Source: Eledone cirrhosa (taxonomy: Eukaryota). Taken from it: DNA of 64,000 nucleotides. This document shows positions 39,488-53,092 of the stretch, one piece after another. The stretch spans positions 126,976,001 to 127,040,000 of the forward strand of contig OZ024745.1 in NCBI GenBank assembly GCA_964016885.1. The letters run 5' to 3'. The notes under the pieces are model-generated. The model was not told the DNA's origin and did no database searches. It was given only the letters and a program-made list of their open reading frames with translations. Both the position numbers and the translations under genes were made by a program. The first letter of the stretch is position 1, and every line of letters starts with the position of its first letter.

Positions 39488-39887
39488 TGTAGTGACCTAC
39501 ATTCCGCAGGCTCACATACATTCTCTGTGCGTGATTTGGCTCAGCTCAGCCAATCAACGCCAGTAGAAGAGGATGTATCCCTACGCGTCCTGAGGGAGAA
39601 ATTCCCCGCGAAGATTTGAAGAATCTTCCTCTCGCACCAGGAACTTCGAACCAGCAACACGTACAACATGTGACGGTGAGATTTTGCACCTTGGCCTGCC
39701 GGCTTTCCGGCGCAATGGCACATTCCCTTTTGTAACCTCATTTTATGTGTAACTTCAACCATACAAGTTAACCAACATTATTTGTGCTACAACAAAAATA
39801 AACATACATTTCATCTCTAATTTCTCCTGTTGACGTCATTATTATGTTACTCGTTTCTCAATAACCTATATACACCATGCTGCTAAA
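39488..39887 (+). mobile_element. Solo LTR (400 bp), TGTAG...GCTAAA, inserted in a SINE-B repeat unit
   Basis: Perfect 4-bp TSD ACCA at 39484-39487 and 39888-39891. Removing the element restores the host unit ATGACCA|CTTTACAGTG. AATAAA near 39797. Confidence 0.85.
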
Positions 39888-40917
39888 ACCACTTTACAGT
39901 GATTACTGGGTGCTTTTTGTTGTGACACCTACACGACCACTTTACAGTGTGGGCTGGGCGCATTTTGTCGTGACACCTACGTGATCACTTTACAGTGTGG
40001 GCTGGGCACTTTTTGTTGTGACACCTACATGACCACTTTATAGTGTGGGCTGCGTGCTATTTCGTCCACACGACCACTTTACAGTGGGAGGATGGAATGG
40101 AGTATTTGGGTCTTCTGTATTACTGCATGTATATATTTATATACATATACAGATCTTAACCAACATATTAAAGTGTAGATATTTTATTTATGTAATATAT
40201 GTGGAAGTATAATTATGAAGCATTACTTTTTTCCCTATTTTGTGCCAACAGCCATACTTTGTAACTAAAGTTTACATTCTCTTTCACATCTCTTCAATTC
40301 CATTTACTTTACTTTAAACCTTTATTCCCATTATTTTCCCCTATCAGCATGACATCTTAGCCTCCTCAATAAGTATCCCGCTTAGTCATCACCTTTTTCC
40401 CCTCATTACTTCCCTTGCACTTGACCTCTTTACAATCTCTACTACCCTCATGGTTGGTCTTATAGAAGTACTGTTGGCTAGATCATAAAAAGACCTTGAC
40501 ATTGCAACCCTGCAAAAAGCATATGTATATGTCTGTTATGCATTTATATTATGCTAAGATTATTGTAGAGGCCATACATCAGAGAGAAAAAGGAGAGGGG
40601 GGATAGAGAGGAAGAGAGAGAGAGAGAGCCGGGCAGGGGGATTATGGTCTACACAGGATTAATCCTCTGCCAACAAACATGATGTCTCAGACTTTTGTAG
40701 TATAAGACTCATTTAGCCCCAAATGGAAGAATCATTGTTCATTTTTCCACGCTAGCATGGGTTAGATGAGTTGTCCTGTTGTGGGCAATGCCAGATCAGG
40801 TGACCATGTCTTGCTCATACAGAGCTGATTTCTACAGCTGGATGCCCTTTCTAAGACCAACCTCATTTACAGTGTGGACTGGGTGCTTTTTGTCGTGACA
40901 CCATATGTGTGTGTGTA

Positions 40918-40948
<31 letters not shown>

Positions 40949-40977
40949 TTATATATATATATATATATATATATTTG

Positions 40978-41303
40978 TGGAGGCACATGGCTTAGTGGTT
41001 AGAACATTGGCCTTGCAATCAAAAGGTTGTGAGTTCAATTCTCAGACTGGGTGATGTGTTGTTTCCTTGAGCAAGACACTTTATTTCACATTGCTCCAGT
41101 TTACTCAGCTGTAGAAATGAGATGATAGGGACTGGGGTCTATATCATTCCACTGCAAAGTGGTCATGGAGGTGCCACAGCAAAAAAGCACCCAGCACTCA
41201 CTGTAAATGAGGTTGGTGTTAGGAAGGGCATCCAGCTGTAGAAATCAAGCCAGAATTAGTTCCCGTCCCACCCTTGCAAGCAGGGAAAAGCAGACGTAAA
41301 ATG
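40978..41303 (+). mobile_element. SINE family B, full length
   Basis: Same head, CORE-like box and tail as the 10359 copy. Confidence 0.9.
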
Positions 41304-41339
41304 GTAAAAAAAAAATATATATATATGTATATATATATA

Positions 41340-41590
41340 TGTAAAAGGTAAACAGAAATAACAACACAATCGGTACAGTATATGGAAGGGATATATTAGG
41401 TTAACGCTTGATATAGCAGGAAGAGGGTCTTAATGTTTCGGACGCTAGTCCTTCATTATAAGAAAGAATGAAAAATAAGATAGATTGAGGAGACGGGTGG
41501 GATGGAATTGGAAAAAATGTCTTTAGATAAAAAAAATACAGGTCCATTCATGTTGACATCTCTTGCAAAACTGTTGGTGCTGGCGTTTTG
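41340..41590 (-). mobile_element. ~250-bp Penelope-like terminal repeat, copy 1 (hammerhead core mutated)
   Basis: Highly similar to 63124-63372 and abuts (TA)n. The core reads ATAATGA instead of CTGATGA. Confidence 0.65.
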
Positions 41591-41654
41591 TGTGATTTAT
41601 TTTTTAGAAAAGAGGATGATTATATATTTGTGTGTATATGTATATGTACAGATA

Positions 41655-41980
41655 TAATGCATAAACGACAAAGTGTGGGTGAACTGAGAGAAAATCTGGT
41701 TATAAGAGGAATCAGGTGTAGTTTGCAGGAGAGAAGACTGCTCTGGTGTTCACATGTGATTTACATGGATGATAATTGTTGGGTGAAGAAGTGCCTAGAA
41801 ATCCCAGTGGAAGGAAACTGCAGTAGAGAAAGACCAAGGAAGACCTAGGCAGAAGTTGTGAGAGCTGATGTGAAATCACTGAAACTCACAGAAAAAATTA
41901 CAAAAGACTGCAATGAGTGGAGGGATACTGGCTAAAAAAGACCCGCCTAAGCTATGTACGCATAGGAAATTGGACATAAA

Positions 41981-42030
<50 letters not shown>
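41655..42030 (+). mobile_element. RTE LINE 3' end with (ATG)n tail
   Basis: ORF 41588-41848 has QERRLLWCSHV, WVKKC and RERPRKT. Confidence 0.85.
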
Positions 42031-42031
<1 letters not shown>

Positions 42032-42829
42032 TTCATGATGGTGAAGGATAAAATGTCCCGACAGCTAACAACTGATGCAGGTAGTTTGTTTCATGCTTCA
42101 GCAACTCTGAGCTTGAAAAGCTGTTTCTGAAAGTCATGGGAGCTGTGTTGTTTTCTGACTTTGGAAGCATAGTCAAATCTCCTCTGAAAAAATACTTAAT
42201 CAAATTAATCCTGTAATTTACTGAAACTTTCAGGCTATAAATATAATTTATCATTCCACAGCAAACATATTTAACCATATCGAAGCTATGCTTTTATTGA
42301 AGTAATAACATTTTATTTCAATTTTTAAGTAATAAATTGTATCTACTTGTTACCAATTTCTCCCCAGTAAATATCATTTAACTCTCTTATATTTCTAGTG
42401 AAATACATCACCTATGTTTTTTTAATTTAGGTAATAATCAACAATTTTAAGGGATTTGTTAAAATAACTAATCCTATTATTAAGTTAGTGTTTAGTATTT
42501 AGCTTAACAAATATATTTTTCTATACCACCACCACCACCATCATCATCATTATCATCATCATCATCATCATCATTCTCATCATCATCACCGTTAAACGTC
42601 TATTTTTCATGCTAGCATGGTTTAAATAGGTTGTCACTTTTTAGGTCTAGACTAGTCAGGTGACCACATCTTGCTCACATATCCCATTTTTAGCTTGGCT
42701 TACAGTATATACTAGGAACATTTTATCGTGACTCTAATACTACCACCTTACAAGGTGAATTGGGGGAGGTATTAATAAGAGTGGGGGTAGTCATACCACT
42801 GTGGGAGCAGAAGTGTTGGGTCATGTGGG

Positions 42830-43188
42830 CAGAAAACAGCACAGTTCCCATGACTTTCGGAAACATTTTTCACGCTCAGAGTTGCTGAAGCATGGAACAA
42901 ACTACCTGCATCAGTTGTTAGCTGTCGAGACACTGCATCCTTTAAAACCTCCATGGAACAAACTACCTGCATCAGTTGTTAGTTGTCGAGACACTGCATC
43001 CTTTAAAACCTCCATGCTTCCTGAGATTCGCCAACACTGCACCTAATGTTCCCCTCCATACACATACACACATGTATATCATGACTCATACACTATTCAC
43101 TTCCCTGACATTTGTGTATTATTCTATGTACTATACATGCACCTTTGACGAGTTGTAGTGCACCTGAGCACTTTACACAATAATTTCA

Positions 43189-43203
<15 letters not shown>
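42830..43203 (+). mobile_element. CR1-like LINE 3' end with an internal ~60-bp tandem duplication
   Basis: Encodes RKHF.TLRVAEAWNKLPASVVSCRDTASFKTSMLPEIRQH with an (ATT)n tail. An inverted fragment lies at 42060-42155. Confidence 0.8.
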
Positions 43204-43222
<19 letters not shown>

Positions 43223-46200
43223 ATGAATAGTTTAAAACAAGAGATTTGTCATGATAGAATCGAAGCAGTTTTGGGTGTGTTGGTATCTTTTCTCTCATTA
43301 TTAAACGATCTCTGTCAAGCTGCCAGATTCCTGAAGAGATTCAATTTTCTCAAAACTGGTAGATTCCCTGCTAATCATGTGACATATAGAAAATTTAAAG
43401 TCAATTTAAACCGGCCATATCCAGTCAGAATTTTCTCACGGTTTTCTGTTCAAACCGGTCATACCAACTTTAAGGTATTGTTCTCAAAATAAATAATATC
43501 AAAATTTCATAGATTCGATATTATGTGAGATATTTATGTGAAGTAAAGCCTTTTCTCTGAAAATACAATAGTAAATATAGAGTAATGTGAATGCCAAAGG
43601 GTTAAAGTCATAAATTTGATCTCTACTCTACAAAAAGTTTAAATATGTTGAGAGTGTATAAATAAATATTAAGATTAAAAAACGTGTAGGCTTATCCCGA
43701 ATTCCTATTAAGCAACTGAGAGTACAAGGCTTCCTCCTGGACAAAACACCAGTTCATCATAAAACTATTTCCCAGCCATTGCCAGTATTCATATTCAAGT
43801 GAGTGCAACATGAAATAAAGTGTTTTGCTGAAGAAAATAATGCACAATCCAGTCCAGCAATTGAACATATGATATCATGATCGTAAGTCCAACACCCTAA
43901 CCACCAGGACACACATTTTCAAATATTAATATAAGACTTAATAAGGTTTTCATATACTATGAGTGCCATAAAGCCTAGGCTTGAGTTCCAATCGATATAT
44001 AACTGTAATATTATTTTATCTTCACTATTTACGCTAAGCTCCTTAATCCCTTTAGCATTTAAACCGACTGTATCCAGCCAGAATAATCTCACCTCATTTT
44101 GTTTAAACTGACCGTAACTGGCTGTTAATGTATTGTTCTCAAAATAAATAATATAAAATCTCGTAGATTCGATATTATGTGAGTTAGATAATCATGTGGG
44201 ATAAAGAGTTTACTGTGAAAATATAATAGTAAATGCTAAAAGGTTAAACCCCAGTACACACGGATTTCTCTCGATTGATAGAGTGGTATTTTACAAAGAA
44301 AAAGAAACATTTGTTATCTTGAGTTCTCTCCCTTTTTTAGTTACGCAGGCATTATTTCCCTTGAATCATCGGTAGAGAGTCGGACACCATGCTTTGAAGC
44401 ATAGAGTCACGTCCCTTTATGATCTGAGTTCAAATCCCACCGAGGTTAACTTTGCCTTTCATCTTTACGGGGTTGATAAAATAAAGTACCAGTAATGTAC
44501 TGAGTAATTGCTGGCCTTGTGCCTAATATAGAAACAATTATTTCCCTTGAATAATTAAGCGTTTAAAACAAATTCATTTTATTGGTGTATTTAGTGTATT
44601 TATATCCCTTTGCTGAGGGTAATGGATTGGTAGAGCGTCGAATAGAATGTCATTATGGCATTTATTCTGGCTCTTTACATTCTGAGTTCGAATTATACAA
44701 ATGACATCTTTGTATTGCATCCTTTTAGGGTCGATAAAATAAAGTAACAGTCAACTACTAGGGTTGATGTAATAAACTTTGCCCTTCATCTAAATTTACT
44801 GGGCTTGCTCCTAAATTATAAATTAATATATTTCCCTTATCTCTATATTTTTTTAATATGTAATGAAGTTAATGTCACTATATGTTATAAGATAAGCAAA
44901 TAAAAATAATTGTGTTGAGGAAAGGATCAATATATTTTAATATATTTATTTAATCAATTTAAATGTCCGTATAGAGCTAGTAAGCCATGAAAGACTAGGG
45001 GAAGTATCTGGTACTTCCTACAGTTGAGAAACAAAAAAAAAAAAAAGACAGATATAACTTCTTCTCCTTCACCCACTTATTCCGGTAAACGATGCTGACG
45101 TCCCCCTGGCAGTATATGAAGAGAACATTTAGGGAACCAACCCTGTTGGAAAGTCCCCAAGAAACAGGTAAAACACAAGGAACTGTTTAACCCTTTAGCA
45201 TTTAAATCGGCCATATCCAACCAGAATTCTTTCACTTTTTTCTGTTCAAACTGGCCATAACCAGCTACTCATACTTATGTTAAGGTATTGTTCTTAAAAT
45301 AAATAATATCAAAATCTCGTAGATTCGATATTTTGTGAGATAATTATGTGAAATAACGTGTTTACTGGGAAAGTATAATAGTAAATATAGAGTAATGTAA
45401 GTGCTAAAGGGTTAAATACATAACCAGTAATGGTCTGCTCAGTCATCTATATTGGAAGAGATAAACCTGTTGAAGATATGAATGAACCAGGAGTTGAGGA
45501 CTCTTTACTGAGAGCACCCAGAAGATACTTACTTGCACTTTTAGTGGCATTCACCAGACGTGGGTTGTTGTGGCGTTCACCTGGAGGATTGAGGTGATGT
45601 TCACTTAGGGTGGGTTGTGGTGGCATTCACCCGGGGTGGGTTGAGCCGACTCCATCAAAGAAATTCACTGTGTAAGTTCATTTCAATAGAATTTCTTCAG
45701 GCAATTGGTTTCACAAGCAGTGCCCATCTGCAAATATATGCACTTTAGGATGGTACAATCCAAGCATTGCATCAGTTATAGTGCTAAGCTCTCGCTTTCA
45801 CACCCAACCCAATTTGGTGGAACCAGTGCCGTGACGGAGATGCATGGAAGGGAGCTTGGCTGGCAGGGATGATAGCCACAACCTATTTGAGCCATTTTGT
45901 AGATCTGCAAGAGCTTACTTCACTGTCCAGCTCAGGCATACTGACCCTTGACACCAGAAGATAAACTGATGTGAAAGAAGCAGGAACTTTTGTGAAGAAA
46001 AGGAATCCTCTGAAGAACTACACACAGGAGATTTTGGTGATCCCAAAGAAGTGAATGTGTGGTGGGTCAGCAGAATTGTGGAGTGCCCTCTCTCTAAACG
46101 CTAAATCCACCAGTTGCAGACTGCGCATCAATCACTCGGTACTAAAATTAGAATAACCCATAGCTTATATACTTTTTGTATATAAAATATATACCGGAGA

Positions 46201-46741
46201 AGTTTATTTGTATATAGTTAGAGAAACATTTTTTTTCTATTTAGAGAATGGTCTAATAATATAATTGTTTCTAATTTTGGTACAAGGCTAGCAATTACCC
46301 CAGTGCATTACTGGTACTTTATTTTATTGACCTTGTAAGGATGATAGGCAAAGTTAACCTCGGCAAGATTTGAACTCAGACCGTAAAGGGCCGTAACTCT
46401 ATGCTGCAAAGCATGGCGTCCGACCCTCTACCGATACTGCCAGTCTAATAATATTATACTTAGTTATAATGATATTTCGAGAATGAACTTGATGCCACAC
46501 CATGTAGAATTATATTTATAAATAGATTAAACAAGCTTCTGTATCCCTTGTATAGCTGGGAGGAATATTTCAATTTTTAAAAACTAATAACGAAAACATT
46601 TTAGTGAGCCTTCTATATCACATTTTTCTCTCTGAAATAACCATTCCATTTCCGAAATTATTCAGTGAAATTTTTAAATTAAATTAATACTTTAGTAATT
46701 AAATATATTTAGAATAGCTCTAAGGTTTAAATTTCTGGGTT

Positions 46742-47186
<445 letters not shown>

Positions 47187-47501
47187 TGAACTGATTAACC
47201 CTTTAGCATTTACATTAATTTATATATATGCCCCACACCCTCCCACTGCAAGGTGGTCGTGGAGGTGCCACGGCAAAAAAGCACCCAGCCCACACTGTAA
47301 AGTGGACGTGGAGGTGCCACGGCAAAAAGCACCCAGCCCACACTGTAAATGAGGTTGGTGTTAGGAAGGAGGGCATCCAGCTGTAGAAATCACATGAATT
47401 TATACATGAAATTTTTAAAAAATCACCTTGTCATGCTGATTCTACCTGGGGATTTCATTAAGCGACACAGATGTATGGCGGAATACTCAAGCACCCATAA
47501 C

Positions 47502-48163
47502 CAGGGCTGGATTTAATGGGGTGCGGGGGGGGGCAATTGCCCCGGACCCCTGCAGTGGCGGCCTCACCAACGACGACCGTAGCAATTTATTTGTGCCCTC
47601 AACTGAGCTTTTTAGTTTTAGGATGGTTAGATTTTTTGAATTTAATACCTCTATGGCGAGATTACTGGTTGTATGAATGTAACAAAACGAGACAATGTTT
47701 GTGTATATAATATTTAATTAACGGTAGATAGAATACTTGACATGTCAAAGATAGATGTTAGAATGAAACAAAGTTAGTAGTTACCGTTTTGATTGCCAGG
47801 CAAACGCGGCCGGCAGAGGGCGCCTGGCTAAGGCCAGGCGCCTGTTGGCCAAATTAATGGCAGAGCCAAATGAGAAGACTCTTGACCTGGTGCCGAAAAG
47901 GCAAAGAGAGAAAGGAAGCTTAAAGTTGTTAGTTTTATAGGGCTCTGACCGGAAGTTGCAGAAAGGGTTCCACTTCCCGTCTAGATCCTAATCAAAACAA
48001 GGGAGACAACCGCTACACCTCTATGAACAACTTTTCAATTCCAGTTACTTTGATATGTAAAATTGAGGGGTTTGCTGTGTATTCTAATTTGTTTTGTATG
48101 AGCCCACCCCACCCAGCCCAATCTGAAGTGCCCCGTGTCCCCCAAGGTCTAAATTCAATCCTG
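47502..48163. mobile_element. hAT-like MITE hosting a solo LTR
   Basis: TIRs CAGGGCTGGATTTA and TAAATTCAATCCTG match at 11 of 14 positions. GC-rich subterminal motifs. TSD is degenerate. Confidence 0.6.
47652..48017 (-). mobile_element. Putative solo LTR, TGTAGCG...CGCCATA
   Basis: CCTC on both sides (47648-47651 and 48018-48021). Minus-strand TATAAAA near 47935 and ATTAAA near 47715. Confidence 0.6.
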
Positions 48164-48266
48164 CCTACACACTAATAGAATGAGTAGGTAGCTTAGGTGA
48201 TCAAACAGCTGGAATACTCATCATAGAAAGCGACGGAGGATCGACTTACACGTGTATTATATATTT

Positions 48267-48547
48267 CACCACATATTACTTTCATGGCTACACCGCCACA
48301 ACCACCACACCAGTATCATCTCCACCACATATTACTTTCATGGCTACACCGCCACAACCACCACACCAGTATCATCTCCACCACATATTACTTTCATGGC
48401 TACACCACCACAACCACTACACCAGTATCATCTCCACCACATATTACTTTCATGGCTACACCACCACAACCACTACACCAGTATCATCTCCACCACATAT
48501 TACTTTCATGGCTACACCGCCACAACCACCACACCAGTATCATCTCT
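48267..48547. repeat. 56-bp minisatellite (~5 copies)
   Basis: Unit CCACCACATATTACTTTCATGGCTACACCGCCACAACCACCACACCAGTATCATCT. Confidence 0.95.
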
Positions 48548-48693
48548 CTAACTTCCACCATTTCATCTACTTTAACATAAACAATTTAAACTCATGGCAG
48601 AAGTCAGAATTAAAAAAAAAAATGGTTTTCTACTGTGAACGTGACTGAAGTCATGGCAGTATCATGTTCTCCTGTGAAGAGTGTAGTGGTGCC

Positions 48694-48725
<32 letters not shown>

Positions 48726-48767
48726 CAGTAGTAGTAGTAGTGGTAGTAGTAGTAGTAGTAGTAGTAA

Positions 48768-49494
48768 TCTAGCAAGATGGATTCGAAACAACGACCTAAG
48801 GATAACAACTACGTATGTAGCGAGATCTGTCCACGCCTTGAACCTTGGGTGACACCTAAAGGTCAAATTCTAGGTCACCACCTTTTTGGTATGAACAGGT
48901 TGATGCGTTGGCTAACCCCTCAAGGTGGGAGACAGGAAGCGACAGGTATATAAAGCCTGTATCAGCCCACTTTAGCCAGAGACATCGGAGCACCACGACA
49001 TACAACAAGCTATGTGAAGATTCACCGCTATCAACAGACCCCAGTGGTCTACAGAAATACAGAGACAATAGACTAACGACGAGAACTACTACAGACCATT
49101 AAGAAGTATACAAACCATATCTCTCTCTCTCTCTCACCATGGCCATAGGCTCAGGACGAGAACTACTACGAGGGACTGCAACAAACTTTAACCACCAACA
49201 CATTTTATCTGGTCGTTCGCTGTTTTCACATCAACAACAAAATAACATTGTCAACCTCCGCAACAAATGATAACATGTTTATTGTTCTTTTTGACTCATG
49301 TCTATTCTTCTTTATGATACAAGTGAAGTAAACCTTTATATATAAAGTAAATCTTTATTCTTGTTATTTCATCTAATAACCCTGATATAATCATTTCTAA
49401 TAACCACATATAACCAACCTAATTACTTAAAAATACCTTCGTTAAACGTATAACAAACTACAGTCATACGCTCTACCAACTGAGCTATCGGATG
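48768..49494 (-). pseudogene. Intron-containing tRNA-Tyr(GTA) pseudogene split by a solo LTR
   Basis: 5' half CATCCGATAGCTCAGTTGGTAGAGCGTATGACTGTAG at 49494-49458. 3' half ATCCTTAGGTCGTTGTTTCGAATCCATCTTGCTAGA at 48803-48768. The ~19-nt intron is interrupted and the acceptor stem no longer pairs. Confidence 0.85.
48816..49446 (+). mobile_element. Solo LTR (631 bp), TGTAGCGA...TCGTTAAA
   Basis: TSD CGTA at 48812-48815 and 49447-49450. TATATAAA near 48947 and AGTAAA signals near 49328 and 49347. Imperfect terminal inverted repeat. Confidence 0.88.
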
Positions 49495-50137
49495 ACTTGC
49501 TGCTTTCCACCGTATTTAACATCGAATATATGATTTAGGAAAGTGTGATTGAAATTGCTTGTCACATTAGATTACTGAGTTTTCACAAAAATTACGGATT
49601 ATAAAACGAATAAGATTCGTTTTATTTGGAGGTATTTACGTCTACTCTCAGCTCCCAAATAATAGGAGGGGTTGGAATAAGCCGGGGTGGGGAAAAAAAC
49701 AAGTTGGGTTGGAATAAACGAAGGCGTCGGAATATGCGAGGGATGGGGGTGCAATAAGCAGGGGGTCGGAAAATCAGTAATTTTTCTAGGTTGTATTCGT
49801 TGATTATTTTAAAAACCAGAATTAGCTGTTTAGTTTACATATTGAGACCCCCCCCAACCCATCCTATTTATTTTATAACATATGGGATTTCTAGTCTTGG
49901 TAATGGAAACACCATTTTATACTATGGTGGCAGTGCATTACTTATTGTAATCGAAATTCTAAGATGGTAGTGGTGGTGGTGGTGTAGTCGTAGTGTTGTT
50001 GTTGTTGTTTAGCTCCAGATCAACCCTGATCAAAAAGACTTATAATCATAGTTGTGATATTTTTTATATACGGTGTAACCCCGTCATTCGCAGACCTGGT
50101 TATTCGCGGAATTTTCCTTAGAACCTAACTAATAATT

Positions 50138-50398
50138 GACAACCATCACCACCACCACCACCTCTACCACGACAACCATCACCACCACCGCCACCTCTAC
50201 CACGACAACCATCACCACCACCACCACCTCTACCACGACAACCACCACCACCTCTACCACGACAACCATCACCACCACCACCACCTCTACCACGACAACC
50301 ACCACCACCTCTACCACCTCTACCACGACAACCACCACCACCTCTACCACCTCTTCCATGAGAAGAAGAAGAAGAAGAAGAAGAAGAAGAAGAAGAAA
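50138..50398. repeat. Compound (ACC)-rich repeat followed by (AAG)n
   Basis: Low-complexity tract seen directly. Confidence 0.95.
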
Positions 50399-51051
50399 AT
50401 AATTCGTTTAGAGCGATTATATAAATTAGTACAATATTAGGAAATATTTTACAAACAAATGTCTGCCTTTTTTAAAGGTTTCGTTGTATTAATTGTGCAA
50501 CACAGTTGAGTATTTTCCTGTTAATGGATATCCTCTATATCCTTTTGCCGATGTTAACAACTAACTCCTTTAGGATATTCGGTGAGTGGTTAGATTAAAA
50601 ATAGTTTAACCAGTCACAAAACATCCTACAGAAATTAGCTGTATACGTAAGCAAAAGTATGTAAAGTATATCGTTTTACAGAAAGGGTTAGATCATACTA
50701 TATATTTCTATAATGTGTTAAAAAGAATAACGGATAGTTTCGGCATTATAGCAAAAATATGAGCAGGAAGAAAGATCTGGAACACGAAATATCAACTGGT
50801 TCAAACAACCATACAGTAGATACGTAGAAAACAAGGATATTGGGAACATTCCTATCATTAATCAAGAATCATTTTCTAAGTTTCCAGACGATGCAGTGGA
50901 ACTGTATCATTGGCCAAGTCTCAATACTCAATATCTGAACAAGAATATTATAAGCAATGCCAGAGAAATATCAAAGGTAGTTAGAAACAATGTAAGAATC
51001 GAACTGACGACAATACGATCATACGTCAAACATCCTAACCTTTAGGCTATA

Positions 51052-51345
51052 CGCCTAGCGGTGGAGAGGAGACTTCTGGTGTCCTTGGTCCGAGGGCTAC
51101 CTCCCTACTTACCACCATAGGCGTTGAGTTGGCTAGCCGCAGGTGTGAGCCTCGCGAGATGGAATGGCTCAGCCAGCGCATCTCCCTTACCATCCTCCGG
51201 GGAAACGCTTTCTTCATTCTGTCCGCTGGGACCATGGGACGGCCAGCATGTGGGACCCCATTTGCTCATAATACAGAAAGATGGGGAGGACGAGAGAGAT
51301 GGAGGCGATGATAGTGGGAGTTCGGCTCTTCTGTGTTCGGACCTG
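51052..51345 (+). mobile_element. CRE-type (RLE-bearing) non-LTR retrotransposon 3' end
   Basis: Encodes ETSGVLGPRATSLLTTIGVELASRRCEPREMEWLSQRISLTILRGNA, which matches the CRE C-terminal QR.S.AI.RGNA signature. Confidence 0.8.
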
Positions 51346-51489
51346 GTGTACAGCATCAGTTGTCCATTAGGAGGTAAAAATGGCATGATTTTCCTCGTCC
51401 TTTCGTTGTTTGGTTACTGTAATCAGCCGATACCTGTCTCACTTATTGCTTACCATCATCACTATTTCTATTTAGTCCCATTAATATAC

Positions 51490-51660
51490 GAGATGGAATG
51501 GCTGTTCCAGCGCATCTCCCTTACCATTCTCCGGGGAAACGTCTTCTCCATTTTGTCCGTCGGGGCTGTGGGGCGGCCAGCATGTGGGACCTTATTTACT
51601 CACTATACCGAGAGATGGGGTGGGCGAGAGAGATAATGGCGATGATGGTGGGAGTTCGGA
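51490..51660 (+). mobile_element. CRE-type 3' end, second copy
   Basis: Encodes EMEWLFQRISLTILRGNV with the same downstream UTR. A UTR-only third piece lies at 51885-51997. Confidence 0.75.
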
Positions 51661-52384
51661 CACATTGCACCTGTTATGTGGATCATGGGATTATTTCATT
51701 TTCCCCTGAGCCCATATTTTAAAAGTAGACAATGTACTTAACCTAGCTCTACACTCATTCCAACTCGTATTTCCATTCCTCCAATCTCATTCTTAACTTT
51801 GTTCGGTCTTTCTCTCTCATTCTCAGCCACTCGCTTCAAAATATACGAGTAGTTTTCTTTATTTAAGATTATTCAAACTCGACCTCTGTCTGCCGGGGCT
51901 GTGGGGAGGCCAGCACGTGGGACCCCATTTGCTCACCATACAGAGAGATGGAGAGGGCCAGAGAGATGGAGGCGATGTCAGTGGGAGTACGGCTCTTCCA
52001 CCCTCAGACCATATCCTTGTGGTTGTGTTCATTATCCATAGCGACAAGTTATTCTGATTCCCATCTCTAAACCCGAAACCAACAACCCTACTGTTGTCAA
52101 TCCCATAGAATTTGTCTCTATAACCCCCACCCCTCCCCCCTTCGCCCATCTGAACTCTTGACCAGTCCATTAACACACGTGTCATACACACAGATTTACA
52201 GAATATTTCTTTTGGCCATAAAAACAAATTTGTTCCTTGAAGAAACACAACTAACAACACTGCGATAGTACACCCACTACGGACTTACACTGCCACTGTC
52301 ATAACCCCCGGGGTGCAGCTGTAATGATGTGGGTGGGGGTAATAACGAGGATGAAGATTAGGATGATTGATAACGGAGACAACG

Positions 52385-52928
52385 AGTAGGATGGTGGTGA
52401 TGGTGGTGATGATGGTGGTGGTGATGGTGATGGTGATAATGATGGTGATGATGATGGTGGTGATGATCGTGGTGATGATGATGGTGATGGTGATAATGAT
52501 GGTGATGGTGATGGCGATGGTGGTGATGATGGTGATGATGATGGTGGTGGTGGTGGTGGTGGTGGTGATGGCGATAGTGGTGGTGATGGTGAGAATAATG
52601 AAAATAAAAGGAAGAAGGAAAATGATAAGGAAAAACAAAATGATAGAGATTACAGTGGTAGAGGTAGTGGTGATGGCGACGGTGGTAGTGGGGGAGAAGG
52701 AGAGAGAGAAGAAGAAGAAAAAAAAGGAGTGAGAGAAGAAGAAAAAGAAGGAGAGAGAGAAGAATAAAAAGGAGAGAGAGAAGAAAAGGAGAGAGAGAAG
52801 AAAAAGGAGAGAGAAGAAGAAAAAGGAGAAGAAGAAAAAGAAGGAAAGAGAGAAGAAGAAGAAAAGAAGAAGAGAGAGAAGAAGAAGGAGAGGGAGAGGG
52901 GGGAGGAGATAGAGAGAGGGAGAGAGAG
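52385..52928. repeat. (GGT/GAT)n followed by a GA-rich low-complexity tract
   Basis: Seen directly. Confidence 0.95.
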
Positions 52929-53092
52929 ACCTCAGGCGTACTTGGACCCCGTACAGAGGAGCTCCTCCTCCGCAAGATCGGAACGTCGGTGGCCCCGTCT
53001 GAGGAGGGAGCCCCGTGAGGTGGAGTGACTGTTGCAGCAAGTGTTGCTAGCCATTGTCCGCGGGAATGCTTTTGCAGTCTTGTCCGTGGGGG
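52928..53092 (+). mobile_element. CRE-type 3' end, diverged copy
   Basis: Encodes ETSGVLGPRTEELLLRKIG...LLQQVLLAIVRGNAFAVLSVG. Confidence 0.7.

Noticed and set aside
48252-48648. His/Thr/Pro-rich ORFs in three frames
   Set aside because: They are translations of the 56-bp minisatellite.
48768-49494. Functional tRNA with a giant intron
   Set aside because: The acceptor and T stems are mispaired and the B-box is altered (TTTCGAATCC). The LTR contains T-runs on the transcribed strand that would terminate Pol III.
50700-51040. Possible Tc1 transposase N-terminal relic
   Set aside because: Only a vague resemblance, with no catalytic motif or TIR identified.
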